Source: a phage
DNA: 53,227 bases
Direction: 5' to 3' (one strand)
Assembly: GCA_014161675.1 (NCBI GenBank)
Contig: GCA_014161675.1_4760.2
Positions 25,959 through 34,147 of this stretch are shown here, one piece after another. Both the position numbers and the translations under genes were made by a program. Position 1 is the stretch's first letter. Every line of letters begins with the position of its first letter. The notes beneath the pieces were generated by a model that had not been told where the DNA came from, searched no databases, and saw only the letters and a list, made by a program, of their open reading frames with translations.

Positions 25959-26153
25959 TTATACATTTTCAATTACCCATTGCAGATGGGCTTCTGCGTC
26001 AACCAGTTCAGCGCGGCTTTTCTCTAAGCACTTGCTGTATTCTTTACGTTCCCACTCGGCAATTTCGTTTTTCAGGACTTCTTCATAGTAAGCAATTACG
26101 CCTTTCAGGTCTGAAACTTTACGGCTTGCCAATTCGATGTAATGGTTACGCAT
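25959..26153 (-). CDS. Hypothetical protein (64 aa)
   Basis: ORF, probable coiled coil. Confidence 0.4.
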   Translation of the reverse strand: MRNHYIELASRKVSDLKGVIAYYEEVLKNEIAEWERKEYSKCLEKSRAELVDAEAHLQWVIENV

Positions 26154-26349
26154 TTTGATTCTCCTTTGTTACTAGATAACGAATTTGGTCTTGCATTGCG
26201 ATCAGTTCCCAGCGTGCTACTTTCATCATGGAAACTGACTCTTTGAACATAATATTAGCTTTTTCCTTCTCCCCTGTCAAGTAGATTTCTGCAATTTTTT
26301 CACAAAATTTTTGAGTTTCTTCATTCTTAAACGGTTTCATATAAGTCAA
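26146..26349 (-). CDS. Hypothetical protein (67 aa)
   Basis: ORF with its own promoter. Confidence 0.45.
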   Translation of the reverse strand: MTYMKPFKNEETQKFCEKIAEIYLTGEKEKANIMFKESVSMMKVARWELIAMQDQIRYLVTKENQNA

Positions 26350-26370
26350 CCTTTTGTTTTCGATGGGGAC

Positions 26371-26399
26371 ATTATGATATATCCCCGATCCAGTGTCAA
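26371..26399 (-). promoter_or_regulatory. Sigma70-type early promoter
   Basis: Minus strand TTGACA (26394-26399), 17-bp spacer, CATAAT (26371-26376). Confidence 0.55.
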
Positions 26400-26406
26400 C
26401 AGATTT

Positions 26407-26706
26407 TTAATCTTTTTTCAATGCATCCATTACTCGCTCTGCGATCAGTTCTCGTAAGCACTGATAACCATGATATTTGATGGCAATGTCACGCAGATCA
26501 TTAACCAGTTCCCGTACTTCATGGTCTTTCAGATCGTCTCTGTATTTCGATTTAACCGTGTCTTTAGGTGGATTGCGGATAACCTGAAAACCTTGTTCTG
26601 CAATCACTGCGGCTTCTCGCTGGCGTTCATGCTGTACTGTATTTTTGATCAGGTCTACTTCCATGAACTTTGTCATACTCATCATCATGTTATTCTTTTT
26701 GCTCAT
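26407..26706 (-). CDS. Hypothetical protein (99 aa)
   Basis: ORF with its own promoter. Confidence 0.45.
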   Translation of the reverse strand: MSKKNNMMMSMTKFMEVDLIKNTVQHERQREAAVIAEQGFQVIRNPPKDTVKSKYRDDLKDHEVRELVNDLRDIAIKYHGYQCLRELIAERVMDALKKD

Positions 26707-26740
26707 TATTCAATCCTCATAAAAGAAAAGGGAGACTCCC

Positions 26741-26768
26741 ATTATAGAGAATCTCCCTTGTATGTCAA
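26741..26768 (-). promoter_or_regulatory. Sigma70-type early promoter
   Basis: Minus strand TTGACA (26763-26768), 16-bp spacer, TATAAT (26741-26746), flanked by the GGGAGA/TCTCCC inverted repeat. The -35 overlaps the stop of the HNH gene. Confidence 0.6.
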
Positions 26769-27328
26769 CTAAAATTTAAAGATGCAAACTCCCCGTGATG
26801 AATTTTTGCATATTCATCATATGCTCTAGCGGCTTCCTCCTGAGTAGCAAACGATCCTATGTATTTTCTGTATCCGTTTATCCTTATTTGTGCTTGCCAC
26901 GGTCTTTTGCTAGATCCTTTGCGATGAGTAACACCATTATATATGCTCGTGCACCCGTCCATTTTCTTTTTATTGTACATGTTTTGTTGTTGTGTTGCCT
27001 CCCGTAAATTTGGTGGATTGTTGTTTTCTGGATTCCCGTCTATGTGGTCTATTACCTTAACCTGTGTTCCATATTCAAGAAACCAGACAATTCTATGTAC
27101 AAGATATGTAGATGTTCTCTTTTTAACCTTATTGTAAACATCTATTGCCAAATGACCGTAATTTAACTTTTTTGTTTTTACTTTATCACCGACTCGGTAG
27201 AAATATCCCTCTGGTAGACCATTAAAAGACGGACTATTTGTTTTGTGATATAGAACACCTTCCGTGTGTTCAAATCTGCGTTTTAATTCCTCTTGAATTT
27301 CAGTATTCCAAAATTTCGCACTTTTCAT
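26765..27328 (-). CDS. HNH homing-type endonuclease with C-terminal AP2 DNA-binding domain
   Basis: 187 aa; HNH motif region HRIVWFLEYG...VIDHIDGNPENNNPPNLREAT, then an AP2-like segment YNGVTHRKGSSKRPWQAQIRINGYRKYIGSFATQEEAARAYDEYA. Stop/start are adjacent to gene 39. Confidence 0.85.
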   Translation of the reverse strand: MKSAKFWNTEIQEELKRRFEHTEGVLYHKTNSPSFNGLPEGYFYRVGDKVKTKKLNYGHLAIDVYNKVKKRTSTYLVHRIVWFLEYGTQVKVIDHIDGNPENNNPPNLREATQQQNMYNKKKMDGCTSIYNGVTHRKGSSKRPWQAQIRINGYRKYIGSFATQEEAARAYDEYAKIHHGEFASLNFS

Positions 27329-27329
27329 A

Positions 27330-29153
27330 TTATGACGCCATCCATGCCTTCCTCATGTCTGAATCTTCGCTATAGAGCAAATCGAATAGCTCTTTATAGT
27401 TTTCCGGTAACGTGATGATTTCCATTACAGGATCGTTGATCACGCGATGATAATCTGATTCTGTAAGAGATGCTAACCCTTTGATATATCGAATGCTATA
27501 ACCTTTGATATTATCTCGGTCGTTCTCGAAATCTTCTAGGTCATAATACCATCGAACATCATCACCTTTCTTTGGTTCCGCAATGATAATAGGTGTTTTG
27601 ATAAACCGGATTCGTCCATCTTCGAACAATTCAGGCCAACGTGCAAAGAAAGAGATCAGACTAGGTTTAATAGACCCGATCCCGTCAGTATCAGCGTCTG
27701 TCATAATCGCAATATTTTTGTATTGCATAACTTCCAATGCATCAACACCAAATTGCAAACCAGTGATCGCCATGATGTTAAAAATTTCGGCGTTCTTAAC
27801 GATCTTTGCCTCCGGTTGTTCCCACGTTGTAAGAGTTTTGCCTCGCAACGGGAAACCTCCATGTAAATCTGGATCACGTACAGAGACCAGATAGTTGATC
27901 GCGGAATCACCTTCCGTCAAAAACAGGGTAGTTTCTGCGTCAGTTCCAATAAGGTTAGCTTTAACGTGTTTTGCTACCTTAGCCCGTTTCGCTGCTTTGG
28001 CTGCCTTAGTCGCTGCCGCTTTATCTGCTGCCTCTTTGCGTGCCAGGACTACAGCAATAATAGGCATGATAATGTTTTCTTTCTTCGCAATGACTTTAGC
28101 CAGCTTTTTAAAATCAAGATCAATATGACGCTTGATATCACCAGTTGGATTAGTCAATCGTTCTTTTGTCTGTGAATCAAAACGAAGGTTAGGCAATTCA
28201 CGAACAATAAGAATACAGGTCAATCCAGACTTAACCGCAGCTTTAGTAACATCAACCTTATGTTCTTTCTTGATTCGTTTTACAATCTCTTCACAAAGAT
28301 CATCTGTCACGTAGTCTACGTGTGTTCCCCCGTTTTTGGTAAACAGACCATTAGCAAAGGATACTGATTTAAAACCTTCTCCCTCGACCGCAGGAACTAG
28401 GGCAAGTGAAAAGTTTTTATCTTCAATGACAAACGGATCATCATTGTATAGTTTAGCATAATCCTTGAACTTACTAACAATACGTTTACCATTAAACTTA
28501 AACGTGATCTTAGGAAAGATTACGCTCAATGATTGCAGACGATCATGAACAATATCTAAAACAGAGTTGTCCATCATATAACCTTCGAAGTGGTCGAAGT
28601 CTGGACAAAATGTAACCTTCGTTCCCTTCAATTTTGATGGTTTTGATGACCATGTGATATTTTCAGCCCCGTTTGTGCATTGAACGGTCATTTCTGTTTC
28701 ACCGTCACAGGTCACACCAGTAAACCAATCGCTAAAGAAATTTGACAACGACGACCCCACACCGTTCATCCCTTGCGTTAATCGATTGGTATCATCAAAG
28801 TTAGACCCTGCTTTTGTTCGTGTCCATGCGGCTACAGGTTGCGGAATCTGCGTACCCTCTGGGGTAGTAACCATATGTTGAGGAATACCGCGACCATTGT
28901 CTGTTACCGTAACAATATTGTTTTGGATATCGACGCTAATCACATTGGCAAATTCAAAGTTAGTGCGGATCGCCTCGTCTACAGAGTTGTCGATGATCTC
29001 ATCAATGATTTTAACCAGTCCAGGAACATATGAAATTTTTGTCCACTTACCGAACAGGAAACGTTGATGTTCTTCGTAAGTTGTTGACCCTATATACATT
29101 CCTGCACGCTTAAGGACATGTTCACGATCAGATAAAATGCGAAACTCACTCAT
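27330..29153 (-). CDS. 39: DNA topoisomerase II large subunit (unsplit gp39 + gp60 equivalent)
   Basis: 607 aa; GyrB-like ATPase motifs (IIDNSVDEA, VTDNGRGIP, GVGSSLSNFFS) continuing into the gp60-equivalent C-terminal region with no interruption. Confidence 0.92.
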   Translation of the reverse strand: MSEFRILSDREHVLKRAGMYIGSTTYEEHQRFLFGKWTKISYVPGLVKIIDEIIDNSVDEAIRTNFEFANVISVDIQNNIVTVTDNGRGIPQHMVTTPEGTQIPQPVAAWTRTKAGSNFDDTNRLTQGMNGVGSSLSNFFSDWFTGVTCDGETEMTVQCTNGAENITWSSKPSKLKGTKVTFCPDFDHFEGYMMDNSVLDIVHDRLQSLSVIFPKITFKFNGKRIVSKFKDYAKLYNDDPFVIEDKNFSLALVPAVEGEGFKSVSFANGLFTKNGGTHVDYVTDDLCEEIVKRIKKEHKVDVTKAAVKSGLTCILIVRELPNLRFDSQTKERLTNPTGDIKRHIDLDFKKLAKVIAKKENIIMPIIAVVLARKEAADKAAATKAAKAAKRAKVAKHVKANLIGTDAETTLFLTEGDSAINYLVSVRDPDLHGGFPLRGKTLTTWEQPEAKIVKNAEIFNIMAITGLQFGVDALEVMQYKNIAIMTDADTDGIGSIKPSLISFFARWPELFEDGRIRFIKTPIIIAEPKKGDDVRWYYDLEDFENDRDNIKGYSIRYIKGLASLTESDYHRVINDPVMEIITLPENYKELFDLLYSEDSDMRKAWMAS

Positions 29154-29256
29154 TATTAAACCTCTTCATAACATAACCATAACTTACTGCAACCGCCACA
29201 AAGACGGCTGCAACAATCATATTAAAAATTGAGTGATTGTCAAGTATATGACTCAT
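29146..29256 (-). CDS. Candidate 36-aa hydrophobic micro-ORF
   Basis: ATG overlaps the FmdB-like stop (ATGA); hydrophobic core MIVAAVFVAVAVSYGYV; its stop overlaps the gene 39 start. Speculative; competes with the promoter call at the same place. Confidence 0.25.
   Translation of the reverse strand: MSHILDNHSIFNMIVAAVFVAVAVSYGYVMKRFNNE
29216..29243 (-). promoter_or_regulatory. Candidate sigma70-type promoter upstream of gene 39
   Basis: Minus strand TTGACA (29238-29243), 16-bp spacer, TATGAT (29216-29221); AAGAGG lies 9 nt upstream of the gene 39 ATG. Confidence 0.4.
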
Positions 29257-29426
29257 GACACGCGCACATTTTTATCATAGTACCCGCCATTAATCCCGCG
29301 CGGGGCAGTCAATCCCTGTTTGCATTCTTTACCACATTCAGGGCATTCTGCCTTTTCCCGCTCGGAAATTTTGCGGATTTTCTGAAATTGACCGTGTTCT
29401 TCACAAGAATAATCGTATAATGGCAT
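29253..29426 (-). CDS. FmdB-family zinc-ribbon protein
   Basis: Start placed at the internal Met (MPLYDYSCEEHGQF...CPECG...), the canonical FmdB-type start with CxxH and CxxC pairs. The track's N-terminal extension overlaps dexA. Confidence 0.55.
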   Translation of the reverse strand: MPLYDYSCEEHGQFQKIRKISEREKAECPECGKECKQGLTAPRGINGGYYDKNVRVS

Positions 29427-29427
29427 A

Positions 29428-30096
29428 TTATCCCCTTTGTTTCTTAACTGAATTTGGATCTGGATTTTCTGGTAGGTCTTCCAGACCCATAGCATAACGT
29501 TGTGCATAGATTAGCATAAGAATATCGCGAGCGCAATCATGAATTGCATCATGTGCGATAAAACCATCTAGCGTACCCATTGGTAACGGACACTCACACA
29601 TCCCGCGATGCATCAATGTACGCTCAATGGCGGTGCGAACATCTCGGATGTTCCAGAATCGCACAGGTTCAAGATTGAACGTCTCTCGTGTATTGTGTGC
29701 ACGGCGGATCATATCAACTAGTAACGGAATATCAAACGCATTACCGCGTGACCACATTACGGATTTAACCGGATCTACTCCTACGGCTTCACAGAATGCG
29801 TTAAAACGCGCTAAACCTTCTTTAGTTGATACTTCCGTACCATTTGTGATTAATTGCTTTCTCATGCCTTCTGAGGCGGTATTCTTCCACCATTCAACTA
29901 CACCATGATCAAACACCCTTACACCTTTCTGGGAAGGAATATCAAATTTTACCAGAAAGGAATTGTCAACCAGTTCTTTAAATGTAGGTGGGTTGTGCGG
30001 ATCTTCTTTAAATCCGATTGCCGCCATATTGATCACCGCCCCATCAGGCGGATAACCTAAACTTTCAAAGTCAATCATTAAATCCACTGGAAGCAT
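29428..30096 (-). CDS. dexA: Exonuclease A (DexA)
   Basis: Recalled T4 DexA similarity (IDFESLG, KFDIPSQKG, EWWKN, FDIPLLVDMIR, FNLEPVRFWNIRD, CPLPMGTLDGFIAHDAIHDCARDILM, RYAMGLED). Start set at the Met of MLPVDLMIDFE. Confidence 0.85.
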   Translation of the reverse strand: MLPVDLMIDFESLGYPPDGAVINMAAIGFKEDPHNPPTFKELVDNSFLVKFDIPSQKGVRVFDHGVVEWWKNTASEGMRKQLITNGTEVSTKEGLARFNAFCEAVGVDPVKSVMWSRGNAFDIPLLVDMIRRAHNTRETFNLEPVRFWNIRDVRTAIERTLMHRGMCECPLPMGTLDGFIAHDAIHDCARDILMLIYAQRYAMGLEDLPENPDPNSVKKQRG

Positions 30097-30097
30097 T

Positions 30098-30340
30098 TTA
30101 AATATCCTCCGCGATATGCCGGAACAACTCCAGATCGTTTTTATCCAGAATGAAACCGCTACAATCAATAATCCCGTTACCGTAATTATCGGTTAACAGT
30201 CGTTCCGTTGCCATGTATGCGCGTACTTTGTTGTTAAAATTCATTACATGTTGTGCATAGTCACAATGAATCTTTTGACGGTTCCACGCGACAATTGATT
30301 GTAGATGTATTACATTAGCCACATTATTAATAACAACCAT
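30098..30340 (-). CDS. Hypothetical protein (80 aa)
   Basis: ORF abutting the dexA start. Confidence 0.4.
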   Translation of the reverse strand: MVVINNVANVIHLQSIVAWNRQKIHCDYAQHVMNFNNKVRAYMATERLLTDNYGNGIIDCSGFILDKNDLELFRHIAEDI

Positions 30341-30341
30341 A

Positions 30342-30509
30342 TCAAAACCCTCGCTTAGTGAAATGCTCGATCATTTTATTGATACATGCAGCTTCACTAT
30401 CGCCGGACACGTTCCAGCCGTATAGACCCCATCTAAAGCACATGGTAACAGTTCCATTGTGACGGCTTACCGTCACATCATTAAATTCTGGGATACTTCG
30501 CATAATCAT
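30342..30509 (-). CDS. Candidate 55-aa micro-ORF
   Basis: AGGAAATT upstream; MIMRSIPEFNDVTVSRHNGTVTMCFRWGLYGWNVSGDSEAACINKMIEHFTKRGF. Below the track cutoff. Confidence 0.3.
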   Translation of the reverse strand: MIMRSIPEFNDVTVSRHNGTVTMCFRWGLYGWNVSGDSEAACINKMIEHFTKRGF

Positions 30510-30519
30510 AATAATTTCC

Positions 30520-31911
30520 TCAAATATAGTCTACTCGATACCGCGCACGGGTAACACCCACATATAATAACTGCATTGCCAGTTCAAAGTCAACATTGTC
30601 TGTACACATGCAAGGAGTATACAGGAACACGCGGTCTACGCTGATCCCTTGTGACTTATGAATGGTGCAAGCTGGTAATGCTTTTACATTCAAGAACATA
30701 CGCTTCATCGTCCAGAAGGAATCCCAATCTGGTTTAAATTTTGGATTCTCTTTCTTCATTTCGCGATATTGTCCGGCGACCGTATTCAGATAGATAGAGA
30801 AAATGTTCTTCTGACGTTGTTCTGTCAGAATGTTGATTTCTACTAAATCTGGTTTATCTGTAGTGATTCCGACTGCATCTAAACCGACTTTCTGATTTAG
30901 GATTTCTTTGTCTTCGTCATCATCGACGCTTTCCACTTTCAGAGTATATCCTAAAACTGGTTGCGGATCTACCCCCGTGCAACGTAATGTAAATTCACGC
31001 GGGATGACCTCTTTAACTCGGATCATCTCACCATTGTTAAAAATAACATTGGGAATCTTCTTCCCGCGTTCATCTCGCAGATATTCGATCAATGGTTCCT
31101 GAGTAACCAGAATTTCATCTACAATCACTGGTTCATCGGTGTTATAAACGCGCTTACGCACAATTTCATTGAGTTTTTCGACGCTCTTGTTAGTGTAGGC
31201 CAGAATACGGTTTTCTAGAAGGTCTTCCGGCGTTTTAACGGTTTCGAAATAATGCTTCATAAACTCCGGCAGAGTTGAGCTATGGAATACACCCTCGTTA
31301 CCGCACTGCTTTTCGAATACCCATTTACCATTACGGACAGCGGTCGCCACATCAATGATCGGTGCATTAGATCGTTTAATTTCTGTGAGTTCTACATTCT
31401 GGAATCTTTCATCGGTGAAGAAAGGAGAGATCGACGTTGCACCGCTCGGATCAACTGGTCGTAACTGGTGCGGATCGCCCACGGCAATAATAACAATTCG
31501 ACCGTTGATACTCTTCATGAGAATATCAAATAGTTTCTTATCGACCATACTCGCTTCATCAACAATGATGATCTGAACATCATCTAGCTTAGGAGTATCT
31601 TTTTGCTCAAATACTTGAGTATCTTCATAGTTGGTCGGGTTTAGTCGCAGTAGTGCATGTAAAGTAAATGCTTGACGACCTACCGCTTTACTCAAAACTT
31701 TTTTAGCCTGGTGGGTAGGCGTTGCCAAAACCACACCAGTTACACCACGGCGGACCATTTCCTGAACAATGAATTTCATCATTGCGGTTTTACCAGTACC
31801 CGCCGCACCACGGACAGTTGTATGCTTCTTTTGTTCAATGCGTTTCATTAGAACATCAAAAGCATGTTTTTGCCCGTCTGTTAACATATCGAAAGTTAAT
31901 ACTCTGCTCAT
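30520..31911 (-). CDS. dda: Dda DNA helicase (SF1B)
   Basis: 463 aa; recalled T4 Dda similarity (LTDGQKHAFD, GAAGTGKT, ATPTHQAKKVLSK, VDEASM, EIKRSNAPIIDVATAVRNGKW, LPACTIHKSQG, LLYVGVTR). Confidence 0.92.
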   Translation of the reverse strand: MSRVLTFDMLTDGQKHAFDVLMKRIEQKKHTTVRGAAGTGKTAMMKFIVQEMVRRGVTGVVLATPTHQAKKVLSKAVGRQAFTLHALLRLNPTNYEDTQVFEQKDTPKLDDVQIIIVDEASMVDKKLFDILMKSINGRIVIIAVGDPHQLRPVDPSGATSISPFFTDERFQNVELTEIKRSNAPIIDVATAVRNGKWVFEKQCGNEGVFHSSTLPEFMKHYFETVKTPEDLLENRILAYTNKSVEKLNEIVRKRVYNTDEPVIVDEILVTQEPLIEYLRDERGKKIPNVIFNNGEMIRVKEVIPREFTLRCTGVDPQPVLGYTLKVESVDDDEDKEILNQKVGLDAVGITTDKPDLVEINILTEQRQKNIFSIYLNTVAGQYREMKKENPKFKPDWDSFWTMKRMFLNVKALPACTIHKSQGISVDRVFLYTPCMCTDNVDFELAMQLLYVGVTRARYRVDYI

Positions 31912-32225
31912 TATCCTAAAATCCTCACCTTGCGAACACAGATAGTATTGAGTTCTCGCCGTACCCGTTCTTTTTCATATTCAGGAATTTTATATTCGAT
32001 ACCATCCCGAACAATTTCAGAAGACCGGATTATGCCAAATTTTCGTTTAGGTACAACCTTGTATTTCGGTTCACCCGCCAATAGACTCTCACAATAATCT
32101 ATCTGATCACACATTGACGCTAACGCAGCATCATGTGTTTCGCAAGTTAGGACGCGACCTTTCGCGTCCACTGAGTATTGAAAGAATCCGTCTTTATCAC
32201 GATAACATACAGCAAATACATGCAT
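31911..32225 (-). CDS. Hypothetical Cys-rich protein (104 aa)
   Basis: ORF with ATGA-type coupling to dda. Confidence 0.45.
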   Translation of the reverse strand: MHVFAVCYRDKDGFFQYSVDAKGRVLTCETHDAALASMCDQIDYCESLLAGEPKYKVVPKRKFGIIRSSEIVRDGIEYKIPEYEKERVRRELNTICVRKVRILG

Positions 32226-32980
32226 TATAAACCTACCTTCGCTTTCATCAATTCAATCCACGACGCATCAATCGGAAGCCCGTATTTCACGCGTTCTTTT
32301 TGTGCTGGCGTTAAGTTCTCATACTTAGAAAGAGATTCAATCAAAACGCTGGTATATTTTAGCACGATTTCGGTATTGTTTGCAATAGCCTTAAGTTTTT
32401 CCTCTTTCTTGTTGATTTCGCTAAGTGCTTGCTTGAGATCTGCAATTTTCTGATAACGTTCTTCCATACGGAAGAGAGTATTTTTAATCGCTCGCTCGGC
32501 TGCCTCTGCTTTCTCCGGTTCGTTGTGCTTTTTGTGGCGCTCGATTGCTAATTTCTTTTCTTCGATTGCCATTTCCTGATTTTTGATGCGATTCTCGTTA
32601 AGTTCGATCCACTCGATGTACTTCGCACGTAGGGCAATTTCATCATCAGAAAGTTTACCTTTAGTTCCCAGTTCCTGGATCTCTTTAAGAGATTCGATAG
32701 TGTGATTGCCACGGAAAGAATTGTATTTCAGTTTAACCGGAATTACATTGCCATCAACATATCCCAGATTGCAATCAATGCGCTCTAAGGAGAGTCCGTC
32801 ATCACCTTCACCGAAAGCCTCACCTGAATAGGCACAATGAGTCTGACGGTAAATGTTACGAACAGTGACTAAGCTCATAGAGAAGTCTTTGTTGCGACGT
32901 GAAGCACCAGCCATGATAGAGTTCAGCCGGAAAACAACCAGCGCCAATTCTTCGTTAGATTTAAAAGCAAACAGTTTCAT
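32225..32980 (-). CDS. Hypothetical protein with degenerate HNH-like N-terminal signature and coiled-coil C-terminus (positional counterpart of T4 srd)
   Basis: 251 aa; N-terminal CAYSGEAFGEGDDGLSLERIDCNLGYVDGNV resembles an HNH core with the catalytic His replaced; the C-terminal half is Glu/Lys-rich. Position after dda matches T4 srd, but identity is not verified. Confidence 0.4.
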   Translation of the reverse strand: MKLFAFKSNEELALVVFRLNSIMAGASRRNKDFSMSLVTVRNIYRQTHCAYSGEAFGEGDDGLSLERIDCNLGYVDGNVIPVKLKYNSFRGNHTIESLKEIQELGTKGKLSDDEIALRAKYIEWIELNENRIKNQEMAIEEKKLAIERHKKHNEPEKAEAAERAIKNTLFRMEERYQKIADLKQALSEINKKEEKLKAIANNTEIVLKYTSVLIESLSKYENLTPAQKERVKYGLPIDASWIELMKAKVGL

Positions 32981-33009
32981 AATTGATTCTCCTTAGTTGG
33001 TATGTGTGT

Positions 33010-33039
33010 ATTATTGTCTATCTGGTTTGTGCTGTCAAC
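33010..33039 (-). promoter_or_regulatory. Candidate sigma70-type promoter
   Basis: Minus strand TTGACA (33034-33039), 18-bp spacer, AATAAT (33010-33015), then ACACACATACC resembling the shared early-promoter box. Confidence 0.4.
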
Positions 33040-33041
33040 AC

Positions 33042-33545
33042 TTAAATTAAAGAAAATTTGTAAATCTCTATCAGATCGCCGTTACACGCGTAAACTTCCT
33101 CGATCTCATCAAGGATCATGGTCGTCCCTGTCTTGTATATGCACTCGCGCTCATCTGCCAACATAGCATACAAAGACAGTCGAGTAGTCGGATTGTCATA
33201 CTCTTTAGACACCACTCGGTCAATAGCATGTTCGTAATAATTCATGCAAGGCTTGGTAGGTTTTATTGCAATAATCTTTCCTGTTGCATAAACATCGGTC
33301 GCAAAGTCCTCTGCTGTTGATTGCAGTGGCGTAAAGCTCATAGGACGCTCTACAACGAAAGAATCACCTACAATTAAGGTATCCAGCTTACGGCCTTCTC
33401 TTTTGCTCACACCGCGATACAAGGCTTCATGATGCACTAACCGCTCAGTCTTTTCAATCAATCCATTAAGGATCGACATATCGATATTTTCTTTAGAGTT
33501 CATCACTTCATCAATGATGTTAAGTTCTTCTGGTGTAAATTGCAT
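33042..33545 (-). CDS. Putative ADP-ribosyltransferase-like protein (positional counterpart of T4 modA/modB)
   Basis: 167 aa with R-S-ExE-like spacing (ALYRG, SFTPLQST, ADERE); position between the srd-like gene and gene 56. Weak assignment. Confidence 0.35.
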   Translation of the reverse strand: MQFTPEELNIIDEVMNSKENIDMSILNGLIEKTERLVHHEALYRGVSKREGRKLDTLIVGDSFVVERPMSFTPLQSTAEDFATDVYATGKIIAIKPTKPCMNYYEHAIDRVVSKEYDNPTTRLSLYAMLADERECIYKTGTTMILDEIEEVYACNGDLIEIYKFSLI

Positions 33546-33547
33546 AA

Positions 33548-33577
33548 TAAAAAAGCCTCCAATCTTTCGACGGGAGG
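33548..33577 (-). terminator. Terminator-like hairpin that contains the ribosome-binding site of the next gene
   Basis: Minus strand GCCTCC-12 nt loop-GGAGGC followed by TTTTTTATT and then the ATG at 33545; the downstream arm GGAGG doubles as the Shine-Dalgarno. Confidence 0.5.
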
Positions 33578-33614
33578 CATAATAAAACCATTATAGAGTA
33601 TTGTCAACTAATTT

Positions 33615-34139
33615 TTAGTAGCCGCGTTCTTGACGGGCGAAGTTTTCAGCATTTTTCAGATAGTACAGAATAAAGAGTTCTTGAGCGTCAATACCCAGCG
33701 GGATCATCTTTGACAGAATGAAGTGGATCGCGTCCACAAATTCAAATTTCACTTCAAGCTGATCTTCCGGTGACAGTTCAGAGAATTTACGCGCTCGCGC
33801 TTCCCCGTGGTTCTTTTTCCACATTTTCCAGATTGCACTTGCATCTTTACCATTGGACATTCCACCCAGCGATGTGTAAAGCTCTCGTGTTTCGTCTGCG
33901 ATAGCGTCATCCATCCGTTGCATCCAATCCAGCATTTCACCGCAAGTCTCTAGCTTAGTTGGATTTGGGACCCAATCAAATTTTTCGGATAATGCAACCT
34001 GCAAACCAGTTTGCATTTCGAGCATCACCTGAAACGGATCTTTACCTTCTGCAATAGCGTGATGATATGCGGCGATAGCCGCGTTAATATCTTTTTCGTT
34101 AACCAGACCAGCACAAGAATTAAATTCTGACATATTCAC
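33615..34139 (-). CDS. 56: dCTP pyrophosphatase gp56 (MazG-like)
   Basis: 174 aa; recalled T4 gp56 similarity (EGKDPFQVMLEMQ, PTKLETCGEMLDWM, SPEDQLEVKFEFVDAIHFIL, LYYLKNAENFARQERGY). Confidence 0.8.
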   Translation of the reverse strand: MNMSEFNSCAGLVNEKDINAAIAAYHHAIAEGKDPFQVMLEMQTGLQVALSEKFDWVPNPTKLETCGEMLDWMQRMDDAIADETRELYTSLGGMSNGKDASAIWKMWKKNHGEARARKFSELSPEDQLEVKFEFVDAIHFILSKMIPLGIDAQELFILYYLKNAENFARQERGY

Positions 34140-34147
34140 CTCATTAA

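Noticed and set aside
27583-28314. Plus-strand ORFs inside gene 39 and similar antisense ORFs inside 43, 46, 52 and rIIA
   Set aside because: Antisense to genes with strong family-level support; typical AT-rich shadow ORFs.
27330-29153. Gene-60-type translational bypass or split topoisomerase
   Set aside because: Gene 39 is a single continuous 607-aa ORF; no split or bypass element is evident.
33590-33610. TTGACA and TATAAT downstream of gene 56
   Set aside because: The hexamers are separated by only 6 bp, incompatible with sigma70 geometry.
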